Shown here in pieces: positions 39,331 to 48,763 of a DNA stretch of 64,000 bases. This DNA is from Gammaproteobacteria bacterium (lineage in GTDB: Bacteria; Pseudomonadota; Gammaproteobacteria; Steroidobacterales; JBCCMA01): the NCBI GenBank assembly GCA_045106455.1, contig JBGCEL010000021.1, forward strand, positions 49,713-113,712, written 5' to 3'. The position numbers and the translations under genes were made by a program. The notes beneath the pieces were generated by a model. It was not told the origin of the DNA, ran no database searches, and was given only the letters and a program-made list of their open reading frames with translations. Position 1 is the first letter of the stretch; every line of letters starts with the position of its first letter.

Positions 39331-40542
39331 GTGACCAGCACCTATCTCGAAACACTGCGCCGGGACACCGACGCCCTCAAAGATGACGGCCTGTTCAAAA
39401 CCGAACGCGTGATCACGAGTCCACAGGACGCCAACATTGCGGTGACCGATGCCGACGGACAGGCCCACAACGTGATCAACCTGTGCGCCAATAATTATTT
39501 GGGCCTGGCCAACCACCCGGCTCTGATTGAAGCCGGCAAAGCCGCGCTGGATCGGTACGGTTTCGGCATGGCCTCCGTGCGCTTTATCTGCGGCACACAG
39601 TCCGTGCACAAAGAACTCGAAGCGGCCTTGAGCGATTTCCTCGGCACTGAGGACACCATCTTGTACCCCTCGTGCTTTGATGCCAACGGCGGTCTGTTCG
39701 AAACGCTGCTGGGTCCTGATGACGCGGTAATCAGCGACGCGCTTAACCATGCGAGCATTATCGATGGCATTCGTCTGTGTAAAGCGCAGCGTCACCGCTT
39801 TGCCCACAACGATATGGCCGACCTCGAAGAAAAGCTCAAAAGCACGGCTTCGGCACGCACGCGTCTCATTGCTACCGACGGTGTTTTTTCTATGGACGGC
39901 ACCGTCGCGCAACTGGACAAAATCACACAGCTGGCCGAACGCTACGACGCGATGATTATGATGGACGACTGTCACGCCACGGGCTTTCTCGGCAGCGGCG
40001 GTCGCGGCACGCACGAATATCACAACGTGGTGGGCAAAATTGATTTGCTCACCGGCACGCTGGGCAAAGCGCTCGGCGGCGCGGCGGGCGGCTATATCAG
40101 TGGGCACCAAGTACTCATCGACTGGCTGCGTCAGCGGTCACGGCCCTATCTGTTTTCTAATACGCTCGCACCGGTCATTGCCGCTACTTCGCTAAAAGTG
40201 CTCGACATGATTCGCGACGGCAATGCCCTGCGCGAGCAGCTCATCGACAACACGCGCTACTTTCGCACCGCCATGACCGACGCCGGCTTCACGCTGTTAC
40301 CCGGCGACCACCCGATCGTGCCGGTGATGCTCGGCAGCGAATCTCTGGCCAGTGATATGGCAGACCGCTTGCTTGCAAAAGGTCTCTACGTCATCGGCTT
40401 TTCCTTTCCCGTCGTGCCGCGCGGGCAGGCCCGAATTCGCACGCAAATGTGCGCGTCGCACACCCGCGCTCAGCTTGAGCAGTCGGTACAAGCGTTTATC
40501 GACGTCGGCCGCGAACTGGGTGTGATTGAAGGAGCCGCTTGA
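39331..40542 (+). CDS. kbl: 2-amino-3-ketobutyrate CoA ligase (glycine C-acetyltransferase)
   Basis: [36 protein letters not shown]; GTG start at 39331. Confidence 0.96.
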   Translation: MTSTYLETLRRDTDALKDDGLFKTERVITSPQDANIAVTDADGQAHNVINLCANNYLGLANHPALIEAGKAALDRYGFGMASVRFICGTQSVHKELEAALSDFLGTEDTILYPSCFDANGGLFETLLGPDDAVISDALNHASIIDGIRLCKAQRHRFAHNDMADLEEKLKSTASARTRLIATDGVFSMDGTVAQLDKITQLAERYDAMIMMDDCHATGFLGSGGRGTHEYHNVVGKIDLLTGTLGKALGGAAGGYISGHQVLIDWLRQRSRPYLFSNTLAPVIAATSLKVLDMIRDGNALREQLIDNTRYFRTAMTDAGFTLLPGDHPIVPVMLGSESLASDMADRLLAKGLYVIGFSFPVVPRGQARIRTQMCASHTRAQLEQSVQAFIDVGRELGVIEGAA

Positions 40543-41570
40543 TGAAAGCACTGGTCAAAGCCCGCGCTGAAGAAGGCCTGTGGCTGCAAGACACACCCGT
40601 GCCGTCTATCGGCCCCAATGACGTGTTGGTCAAGATTCGCAAAACCGCCGTGTGCGGTACCGACATGCATATCTACGGTTGGGACGAATGGGCACAAAAT
40701 ACCATTCCGGTGCCGATGACCGTCGGCCACGAATTTGTCGGCACCATTGAAGACATGGGCAGCGAAGTCCGCGGCTTCAGTGTGGGCGATCGGGTTTCAG
40801 GTGAAGGCCACATTAACTGCGGCTTTTGCCGCAAGTGCCGCGCCGGGCAGCGCCACTTGTGTCGCTCAACTCAAGGGGTCGGCGTCAACCGTCCCGGCTG
40901 CTTCGCTGAGTACTTGAGTATTCCTGCGACCAACGCCTTCAAGCTGCCCGACGACATCAGTGACGACATTGCGTCAATGCTCGATCCACTGGGCAACGCC
41001 ACGCACACGGCCCTGTCGTTTGATCTGGTGGGTGAAGACGTGCTGATTACCGGCGCTGGCCCGATTGGTGCCATGGCCGCCGCGATCGCGCGCTTTGCCG
41101 GCGCACGCCATGTGGTGGTCACCGACATTAATGACTACCGCCTCGATCTGGCGGCTCGCCTCGGCGCGACGCGCACCGTGAACGTGGCCCGTGATGCCAT
41201 TGCCGACACGATGAATGAGCTGGGCATGCAGGAAGGCTTCGACGTCGGGCTGGAGATGTCGGGCGTCGCCAGCGCGCTGCGTTCACAGCTCAAGCACGCG
41301 GTCCACGGCGGCAAAATCGCGATGCTGGGCATCCCACCAGCGGATATCTCAATCGACTGGAATGATGTGATTTTCAAGGGAATTGTGATCAAAGGTATCT
41401 ACGGCCGGGAGATGTTCGAAACCTGGTATAAGATGATCAGCATGCTGCAAAGCGGCCTGGACGTGGGCGAGATCATCACGCACCGTATGGCCTACACCGA
41501 CTATCAACAGGGCTTCGAGCTCATGCGCTCGGGTGAAAGCGGCAAAGTAATTTTAGACTGGGCACCCTGA
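40542..41570 (+). CDS. tdh: L-threonine 3-dehydrogenase
   Basis: [32 protein letters not shown]. Confidence 0.97.
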   Translation: MKALVKARAEEGLWLQDTPVPSIGPNDVLVKIRKTAVCGTDMHIYGWDEWAQNTIPVPMTVGHEFVGTIEDMGSEVRGFSVGDRVSGEGHINCGFCRKCRAGQRHLCRSTQGVGVNRPGCFAEYLSIPATNAFKLPDDISDDIASMLDPLGNATHTALSFDLVGEDVLITGAGPIGAMAAAIARFAGARHVVVTDINDYRLDLAARLGATRTVNVARDAIADTMNELGMQEGFDVGLEMSGVASALRSQLKHAVHGGKIAMLGIPPADISIDWNDVIFKGIVIKGIYGREMFETWYKMISMLQSGLDVGEIITHRMAYTDYQQGFELMRSGESGKVILDWAP

Positions 41571-41598
41571 GCCCGGAGTTTTTGGCAGAGGATTTGGC

Positions 41599-43146
41599 AT
41601 GCGCAATTGGTTACTCACACTTTTACTGGCCGCCGCGCTCACAGGCTGTGGCACCAACCCGGTCACGGGTAAAAAAGAACTGCAGTTCGTCGGCGAAGCC
41701 TCCGAAATCAGTATGGGCCAGCAGAACTATCTGCCGGCGCGGCAAATGCAGGGCGGCGATTACGTCATCGATCCGCAGCTCACCGAATACGTGCGCGGCA
41801 TTGGTCAGCGTCTGGCGCGTGTCAGCGGTCGGCCCAACCTGCCCTACGAATTTGTCGTGCTAAACAACTCCGTACCTAACGCCTGGGCCATGCCCGGCGG
41901 CAAGATCGCATTCAACCGCGGCCTGCTCACTGAGATGCAGTCCGAAGCCGAACTCGCGGCCGTGATGGGTCACGAGATTGTTCACGCCGCCGCTCGTCAC
42001 GGCGCCAAGAGCATGGAGCGCGGCACGCTGTTGCAGGTCGGCATGCTCGCCGTACAGGTCTCGCAAATTGACAACGAATACGGTGGCTACGTGGTCAACG
42101 CCGGTGCCCTTGCCGCACAGCTTATTTCGCAAAAATATGGCCGCAACGCCGAACTCGAATCCGACCTCTACGGCATGCGCTACATGAAAGATGCCGGCTA
42201 CGACCCAAGCGCTGCCGTCGACCTTCAGCAAACCTTTGTACGCCTCTCAGGCGCCTCAGGACGCCAGTCCAACTGGTTGACAGGCCTGTTCTCATCGCAC
42301 CCGCCGTCGCAGGTGCGCGTCGATCGTAATCGTGAAACGCTTACCGAGCTTGGTGATGGCGGTGAGTATGGCCGCGAACGCTATCAACAAATGATCGCTT
42401 CGCTCATCCGTAACAAGCCGGCCTACGACGCGTTCGATGAAGGCGTTAAGGCGATGGGAAGCGGTGACCACGGCAAGGCCGCTCGACTGGCCCAGCAGGC
42501 CATCAACATCGAGCCACGCGAAGCAAAGTTTTATGGCCTGTTCGGTGACACGCTGCTGAAACAAAAAGACTACGACGGGGCGATCGGCTACTATCAGACC
42601 GCCATCGAGCGCAACGCCAATTATTTCCAGCCCTACCTAACGCGCGGCATTGCCTATCGCGCCAAGGGCAATCGGGATCAGGCGCAACGCGATTTTCAAA
42701 AAAGCATTTCGCTGCTGCCCACGGCCACGGCGTATCACGGGCTCGGCATGATCGCACTCGATACCGGCAATCGCGCGCAGGCGGTTAAGTTTCTGGAACA
42801 AGCCGCGCAGTCCAATACGGCGGTCGGCAACGAAGCACGCGGCACGCTCGCGCAGCTGCAGCCCGAACGTTTCATCGCCACTCGAGTGGGCACCGATGCC
42901 GAAGGCAACGTGGTGGTGCAGGTACAAAATCAGGCCACGTTGCCCATGGGCAACGTGCAGCTTGAAGTTCAGGTGCTCGATCCCTCCGGTCGGCAAATTC
43001 AAAGCCGCAAGACCGTGGGCGTGCGCAACTGGATTAGCGCCGGACAGGCCACCGTGGTGGCCACCGGGCTCGGCCCAATTCAGGACCGCGCCCAGCTGCA
43101 GCGTGTGAAGGTGGTTGTACGCGGCGCTACACCGCAAACCAATTAA
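41599..43146 (+). CDS. M48-family Zn metallopeptidase lipoprotein with TPR repeats
   Basis: LTGC lipobox, NAWAMPGG, HEIVH, SSHP, TPR-like helices. Confidence 0.9.
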   Translation: MRNWLLTLLLAAALTGCGTNPVTGKKELQFVGEASEISMGQQNYLPARQMQGGDYVIDPQLTEYVRGIGQRLARVSGRPNLPYEFVVLNNSVPNAWAMPGGKIAFNRGLLTEMQSEAELAAVMGHEIVHAAARHGAKSMERGTLLQVGMLAVQVSQIDNEYGGYVVNAGALAAQLISQKYGRNAELESDLYGMRYMKDAGYDPSAAVDLQQTFVRLSGASGRQSNWLTGLFSSHPPSQVRVDRNRETLTELGDGGEYGRERYQQMIASLIRNKPAYDAFDEGVKAMGSGDHGKAARLAQQAINIEPREAKFYGLFGDTLLKQKDYDGAIGYYQTAIERNANYFQPYLTRGIAYRAKGNRDQAQRDFQKSISLLPTATAYHGLGMIALDTGNRAQAVKFLEQAAQSNTAVGNEARGTLAQLQPERFIATRVGTDAEGNVVVQVQNQATLPMGNVQLEVQVLDPSGRQIQSRKTVGVRNWISAGQATVVATGLGPIQDRAQLQRVKVVVRGATPQTN

Positions 43147-43151
43147 GCCGA

Positions 43152-45011
43152 TTACTCGATGCGGCAGAAGCAGTAAGCGTAGACGCCGAACGGATCATTA
43201 AAGCGGGCGATCGTCTCAATCTCCCGCTGCACACGATCCAAACCGAGCGTGGCACTGATCTGACGCAGCGAGCGGCTTGTCGGTGTGGTGAGCAGCTCAT
43301 CGCCAAACCAAACCTGCGCTTTGGCGGCGAACATCAGCGCCAACTGCTCTTTAAATGTGAGCTCTTTTTCCACGTAGCGAACGCCGTAGCTGTCGCCCAG
43401 GTCGGCACGTAGCGCCGCCGCGGCGATCGCTTCGTCCAGCGTACCCAACGTGTCTACCAAGCCCAGACGCTTAGCGTCTGTGCCACTCCACACGCGCCCC
43501 CGCGCGATGCGATCAATGTCTGGTACCGGCAAATCGCGGGCCGTCGCCACCGAATTAATAAACTGTTGATAGCCGTGCTCCGTGACACGTTGAATCACGG
43601 TCTGCGCATCTTCACTCATCGCCCGGTCCGGTCGAAACTCGCCGCTAAAACGGGTCGTGCCGACACCATCAACGTGCATGCCAAGTCGATCCAGCGTGCG
43701 CTGGAAGGTGGGGAAAAAGCCGCCGATGCCGATGGAGCCGGTGATGGTGGTCGGGCTCGCCCAAATTTCATCGGCGTCCATCGCAATCCAGTAACCACCC
43801 GATGCCGCAACGCTGCTCATATACGCCACCACGGGGCGTCCACTGCGCTTAAAGGCCAGAATTTCGCGTTGAATCACCTCAGAGGCAAACTTCGAACCGC
43901 CGCCGCTATCGACCACAAGCACCAGTGCTTTGAGATCATCCTGCTCACGGGCGTCGCGCAGAATACGTGCCAGGCTGTCACCGCCGATGGTGCCCGACGG
44001 CTGCGTGCCGTCCAGAATCTGACCGGATGCGACGACGATGCCAACCGAATCGACCCCAGGTGTTACCACCGGACTGCCGATGCCGTTCGCGGCCACATAA
44101 TTGCGCAGCGACACATACGAAAACGTATTGCTGATCTCGTCACGTCCGACGATACCAATCATGTAATCGCGAAACTCGTCGCGATTCCACAAAGCGTCTA
44201 TGAGCTCGGCGTCACGGGCGAGCTCGCCCAGGTCACCGCCGTTCGCATTAAGGCTCTGCGCGATATTGTCGGTGTAAACGGAAATAGCATCGGCACTCAA
44301 GCCACGTGCCTCACCGACATTATCCAAATACGCCGACCACATCTGACTCAGCCACACCTGACTCGACTGGCGATCTTCCGGCGACATGTCGTCGCGCAGA
44401 TAAGGCTCGACGAACGACTTAAACTCACCCACCTTAAAGACATTCCAGTCGACCTGGAGCTTCTCAATGGCCTCGCGATAGTAGGTTTGGAAGCGACCGT
44501 AGCCATCAAGCACTACGCCACCAGAAGGATGCAGATAGACCTCGTCGGCGTGCGCGGCCAGATAGTATTGCGTCTGCGAATAGAAATCGCCGTAGGCATA
44601 GACTTTTTTGCCACTGGCACGAAAACGCAGTAGTGCGTCACCTACCGAATTGAGCTTGGTGATGCCGCCGCCGGAAAGTGACTCAAGACTCAGCACAATC
44701 GAATCGATGCGCGCGTCATCCGCCGCACTGTCGATGGCACCCACGATCTCGCGCAACAGCTCGCCATTGGTGGCCGCACCCTGCAGCTCCGCCACCGCGC
44801 GATCCACTGGATCGCCGCTGAGCTGTTCGACCAACGGGCCATCGGGATTGATCAGCAGCGCGCCACGCTCGGGCAGGCGCGGCGCCGAATCGCCGGAAAA
44901 AGCGGCGAGCAGAAACATAAACAAGAACACCAGTACGATGAAGTGCATGATTTTTCGCACTACATCGAACACGCTGCCAATGCCGCCAAACAACTTACCT
45001 ATCGCGCCCAT
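43152..45011 (-). CDS. sppA: Signal peptide peptidase SppA (67K type)
   Basis: Tandem S49 domains, DSGGGS, AASGGYWI, TITGSIG, ARGRVW, C-terminal YCFC. Confidence 0.95.
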   Translation of the reverse strand: MGAIGKLFGGIGSVFDVVRKIMHFIVLVFLFMFLLAAFSGDSAPRLPERGALLINPDGPLVEQLSGDPVDRAVAELQGAATNGELLREIVGAIDSAADDARIDSIVLSLESLSGGGITKLNSVGDALLRFRASGKKVYAYGDFYSQTQYYLAAHADEVYLHPSGGVVLDGYGRFQTYYREAIEKLQVDWNVFKVGEFKSFVEPYLRDDMSPEDRQSSQVWLSQMWSAYLDNVGEARGLSADAISVYTDNIAQSLNANGGDLGELARDAELIDALWNRDEFRDYMIGIVGRDEISNTFSYVSLRNYVAANGIGSPVVTPGVDSVGIVVASGQILDGTQPSGTIGGDSLARILRDAREQDDLKALVLVVDSGGGSKFASEVIQREILAFKRSGRPVVAYMSSVAASGGYWIAMDADEIWASPTTITGSIGIGGFFPTFQRTLDRLGMHVDGVGTTRFSGEFRPDRAMSEDAQTVIQRVTEHGYQQFINSVATARDLPVPDIDRIARGRVWSGTDAKRLGLVDTLGTLDEAIAAAALRADLGDSYGVRYVEKELTFKEQLALMFAAKAQVWFGDELLTTPTSRSLRQISATLGLDRVQREIETIARFNDPFGVYAYCFCRIE

Positions 45012-45028
45012 ATCGCACCTTAAAAAAT

Positions 45029-46282
45029 CTAATCAATCAAAAACAAAGACAGTGCCGGCCAGAACGTAATTATCAAGACCGAGACCAGCAAAATTAACAG
45101 AAACGGCAACGTTGCGGCGTACACCGTCATGATCGGCTGGCGGAAGCGGTAGCTGGCGATGAACAAATTGAGCCCCACCGGAGGGGTAAGATAGCCCAGC
45201 TGCATCGTGGCCAGAAATACGATACCCAGATGCACCGGATGCACACCGTAGTTGGCGGCCAGCGGCAAAATAAGCGGTACCACCAGCACAATGGCTGAGA
45301 AAATATCCAGAATCGCGCCGAGAATCAGCAGAAACACGAACAACGCAAACAAGAACGTGAGCTGCGAACTCACACGTGATTCGGTGAGCTCAAACAGCTT
45401 CTCCGGCACGCCGGCGTCGATCATGTAGTTGGTGGAGGCAAACGACACACCGAGGATAATGAGAATTCCGCCCACCAGCACCATCGATTCGCGCACGATC
45501 CGCGGGAGGTCACGCCACGCGATTTCACGTCGCACCAACACTTCAATCACAAACACATAGAGCGCCGTGACGGCAGCCGCTTCGGACACGGCCAGAATAC
45601 CGCCATAGATGCCACCCAGCACAACGATGGGCAGCGGCATCTCGAGCGCCGCGTCTTTGCTCGCCGCCCACACCTCGGACCACGAAAACTCGGACAATGT
45701 GGTACGCGTGCCACGATTGCGCCAGATCGACCAGCCACCCAGAAGAATCAGCATCAGCAGACCGGGTGCTGCACCGGCCACGAACAGCGTATCAATGGGC
45801 ACTTTCGCAACCACGCCGTACAGAATGATCGGCAGTGACGGCGCAAATAGAAGCCCGAGACTACCGGCCGACGTTACGAGGCCAAGATTAAATCGTTCTT
45901 CGTATCCGGCCTGCGCCAGCGCCGGATACAAAATCGCGCCGAGCGCAATAATGGTGACACCGGAGGCGCCGGTAAACGCCGTGAAAAACGCGCAGGCCGC
46001 CAGCGACACAATCGCCAGCCCACCCGGCATCCAGCCAAACACGGCCTGGGTGAATCGCACCAGTCGCGCCGGCGCCTTCGATTCGCTCAGCACGTAGCCG
46101 GCAAACGTAAACAACGGGATGGCGAGCAAAATTGGAGTCTCGGCAATCGAATAGATTTCAATCGACAAAACACTTAACGGCACTTCCTGCTGGTAAAACC
46201 CCCACAAGGCGCTGGCAGCAATAATCACAAACAGGGGGGCGCCAAACAGCGCCAGCAGCCCAAACAACCCGTTAAGCGGCAT
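45029..46282 (-). CDS. TRAP transporter large permease (DctM)
   Basis: LLAIPLF, FTGASG, GYLTPPVGLNLF; start placed at ATG 46282. Confidence 0.93.
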   Translation of the reverse strand: MPLNGLFGLLALFGAPLFVIIAASALWGFYQQEVPLSVLSIEIYSIAETPILLAIPLFTFAGYVLSESKAPARLVRFTQAVFGWMPGGLAIVSLAACAFFTAFTGASGVTIIALGAILYPALAQAGYEERFNLGLVTSAGSLGLLFAPSLPIILYGVVAKVPIDTLFVAGAAPGLLMLILLGGWSIWRNRGTRTTLSEFSWSEVWAASKDAALEMPLPIVVLGGIYGGILAVSEAAAVTALYVFVIEVLVRREIAWRDLPRIVRESMVLVGGILIILGVSFASTNYMIDAGVPEKLFELTESRVSSQLTFLFALFVFLLILGAILDIFSAIVLVVPLILPLAANYGVHPVHLGIVFLATMQLGYLTPPVGLNLFIASYRFRQPIMTVYAATLPFLLILLVSVLIITFWPALSLFLID

Positions 46283-46793
46283 TGTCTGCCCCTTCTTCGG
46301 CGCCTGCGTACACTTCAAACGCATGCCGCCCGGCCCACAGCAAATAGCGATACGCGATCAAGCCAAAGCCTAACGGCAAGACAGCCTGAAACCACCACAG
46401 GGGAAGTTTGCCAAACGCCAAATTTTCATCCAGCCGTGTCCAGCCCACAAACTCCACGCCGTACCAGGCCACTATGGCGCACACGGCAAACGTGAACAGG
46501 TCCACCACCACACGCATGGCTTTGCGTAAACGAAACGGTAAAAAACGCGACAGAATATCGATACGAATGTGATGATCATCACGACTGGCGGCCACCGCGC
46601 CCACCATCGCCACCCACAGCACCAGCAAGCGCAACAGCTCATCGCTAAAGGCCATGCCGCCAATGCCCGCATTGCGCGCTACGATCTGTGCCACGGCCAA
46701 AAGGATCATGGCGCCCAGGCTTAAAATTAGCAGCGTGTTCTCGGCCGCGGCGCCTACTCTATCGAGACGCCGCCACCACGCGGGCAGGTTCAC
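46272..46793 (-). CDS. TRAP transporter small permease (DctQ)
   Basis: Four TM segments, DELLR, HIRID. Confidence 0.92.
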   Translation of the reverse strand: MNLPAWWRRLDRVGAAAENTLLILSLGAMILLAVAQIVARNAGIGGMAFSDELLRLLVLWVAMVGAVAASRDDHHIRIDILSRFLPFRLRKAMRVVVDLFTFAVCAIVAWYGVEFVGWTRLDENLAFGKLPLWWFQAVLPLGFGLIAYRYLLWAGRHAFEVYAGAEEGADNAA

Positions 46794-47797
46794 GGCGTTG
46801 GGTTTGCCGTACGGTATTGCGCCAGAAGTGAATCAATACGAGCCAGCCGATCGGCGCTGTAAACGCCTTCGGCAGCAAGCTTGGCGCGCACTTTGGCCGA
46901 CTGCGCACTCCATTGATCCTCGAGACCTATCTCTGGCTCAACCAGTTCGATGTCGCCTTTGAGCATCGCGGCGAGCGCTTTCTCATCATCTTTGAGGTTA
47001 TCGACCTCGAACTGCGCGTAAACGTCTGCCATGACGTCGCGCACGACCTGCTGATCGGCGGGCGACAGACGCTTAAAGATCTTTTTCTCAATCGCGAGCG
47101 TGCCGTATAGATACGCCACCGGCACGGGCGTGACGTAATTTACTTTCGTGTGCCACTGCAACACCAGTGCGCCCACCGGCGACGAGCCGATAATATCGAT
47201 CAGTCCGGTTTGCATCCCGGTCAGCACGTCGGTGATCGGCAGCGTAACCGGTGACAAACCCAGCGATTCCATGGTTGCGTACGAGATCAGATCGCCCTCG
47301 GGCACCCAGACTTTCTGACCGTTGAGATCGCTCGCCACGCGCACGGGCTCGGACGACATGATATTGGCGAAGCCACCGCCGGCGATACCAAGACAGACCA
47401 GACCGGCCTCCTCCATGCCGCCCATGATGTCGGCATCGAGCGCCTCGCGCACGTAATTGACTTCGTCCTGCGTGCGGAACAACAGCGGCAAACCGTAGAG
47501 CTGGATATCCGGATAGCGCTCAGCCAGCCCGCTGGCGGTAAACGCGCCACCGTGCAACTGGCCGATGCGCATCTTGCGCATGACTTTTTTGTCGTTGCCC
47601 ATCACGCCGCCGCCGTAAAACTTGAGCTTCACGCGGTTGTCGGTGCGCTCCGCGATTGTTTTGGCGCCGGCGCGCATGCTGTTCATCCACGACGAGCCCT
47701 CGGGCGCGACCGTCGCAATCTTGATGGTCTGCGCTGACGCGAATGGCAGCAGTGCGGTCATGAGCAATGCAGCGGTCAATTGTGTGAGTAAACGCAT
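46790..47797 (-). CDS. TRAP substrate-binding protein (DctP/TatP type)
   Basis: Signal peptide, IKIATVAPEGSSW, FYGGGVMG. Confidence 0.92.
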   Translation of the reverse strand: MRLLTQLTAALLMTALLPFASAQTIKIATVAPEGSSWMNSMRAGAKTIAERTDNRVKLKFYGGGVMGNDKKVMRKMRIGQLHGGAFTASGLAERYPDIQLYGLPLLFRTQDEVNYVREALDADIMGGMEEAGLVCLGIAGGGFANIMSSEPVRVASDLNGQKVWVPEGDLISYATMESLGLSPVTLPITDVLTGMQTGLIDIIGSSPVGALVLQWHTKVNYVTPVPVAYLYGTLAIEKKIFKRLSPADQQVVRDVMADVYAQFEVDNLKDDEKALAAMLKGDIELVEPEIGLEDQWSAQSAKVRAKLAAEGVYSADRLARIDSLLAQYRTANPTP

Positions 47798-47819
47798 GGC
47801 AGTGTGCTTCCCTAAAAAC

Positions 47820-48707
47820 TTAAAAATATTCGTCGGCAGAATCGAGCAGTGCCTGCGCCTGCTCCTGCGCCATCACATTGAACAGGGTGAGACCCTCGGC
47901 TTCCGGTGACGCGGCAACCACCTCACCGAGCAGCTGATCGTGCAGCTCACGATCGTAAAGCAGACGAGCATAGCCACGAGCAAACTCTACTTTCGCGCTC
48001 AAGTCGCGACCTTCGCTCAATTCGATAGCTCGCTCAAAGTACCTGCGTCCCACTTCTGGCTTGCCACCCAGCGCGGGGGGACGCAGCGTATTGAGTACAC
48101 CCAGATAAAGCGCGATATTGCCCTGCTCATAATCCGACTCCTGCTGGTCCAGAGTATTGAGCACGGCCTCAACTTTGGGCAAATCGGCGAGTACCGCCCA
48201 ATCGTCCGAGTGCGCGCGCATGTAGGCCAGCCAGCTCACCGCGTAGGCGTAAAACGCCGGCACGTCGTCTTCACCCATGGTGGCAATGCGTTCGTTAAAT
48301 TCATCGAAGCCGCTGTCGTTTAAGCCGCAGAAACGATCCTCGTGGGCACAAATGGCGCGACTGCCATAGTCCCGTGCTCGACTCGTTAGACGCTTCGCCC
48401 GCACGCCGTCATCAACAAACGCGACGCCATAGGCGGCGTACAGCGTCGACGCAGCCGATAGCGATCCGGCACTCTCGGGGTCGTTACGCACCAGCGCATC
48501 GAGCAGGACCAGATACGCCGGCGCCGCATCCCGCACGGTGGCCGGATCATTTTGATTCAAGATCGCTTCGGACAGCGATGTGGCGGCGCTATCTGTGGCA
48601 CGCGAAATAAGTGCACCACAACCGCTTAGTGCAAGACAAAGCACGGCACAACCCAAAAAACGCCCAACTGTTTGGCCGCGCTGCGACCCGAATGTTTCCC
48701 TAATCAT
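47820..48707 (-). CDS. TRAP transporter TatT component (TPR-like lipoprotein)
   Basis: LALSGC lipobox, PPALGGKPE...FERAI motif, helical; first gene of the T-P-Q-M operon. Confidence 0.85.
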   Translation of the reverse strand: MIRETFGSQRGQTVGRFLGCAVLCLALSGCGALISRATDSAATSLSEAILNQNDPATVRDAAPAYLVLLDALVRNDPESAGSLSAASTLYAAYGVAFVDDGVRAKRLTSRARDYGSRAICAHEDRFCGLNDSGFDEFNERIATMGEDDVPAFYAYAVSWLAYMRAHSDDWAVLADLPKVEAVLNTLDQQESDYEQGNIALYLGVLNTLRPPALGGKPEVGRRYFERAIELSEGRDLSAKVEFARGYARLLYDRELHDQLLGEVVAASPEAEGLTLFNVMAQEQAQALLDSADEYF

Positions 48708-48763
48708 GCTTCGTGCTCAAGTTCCCGCAGGTTTTGAGTGCCTAGGGCACTGCAAAGTTCCGT

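Noticed and set aside
43566-44633. 355-aa plus-strand ORF, and similar long antisense ORFs over sufB, kbl and ffh
   Set aside because: Antisense to well-conserved genes and without recognisable motifs.
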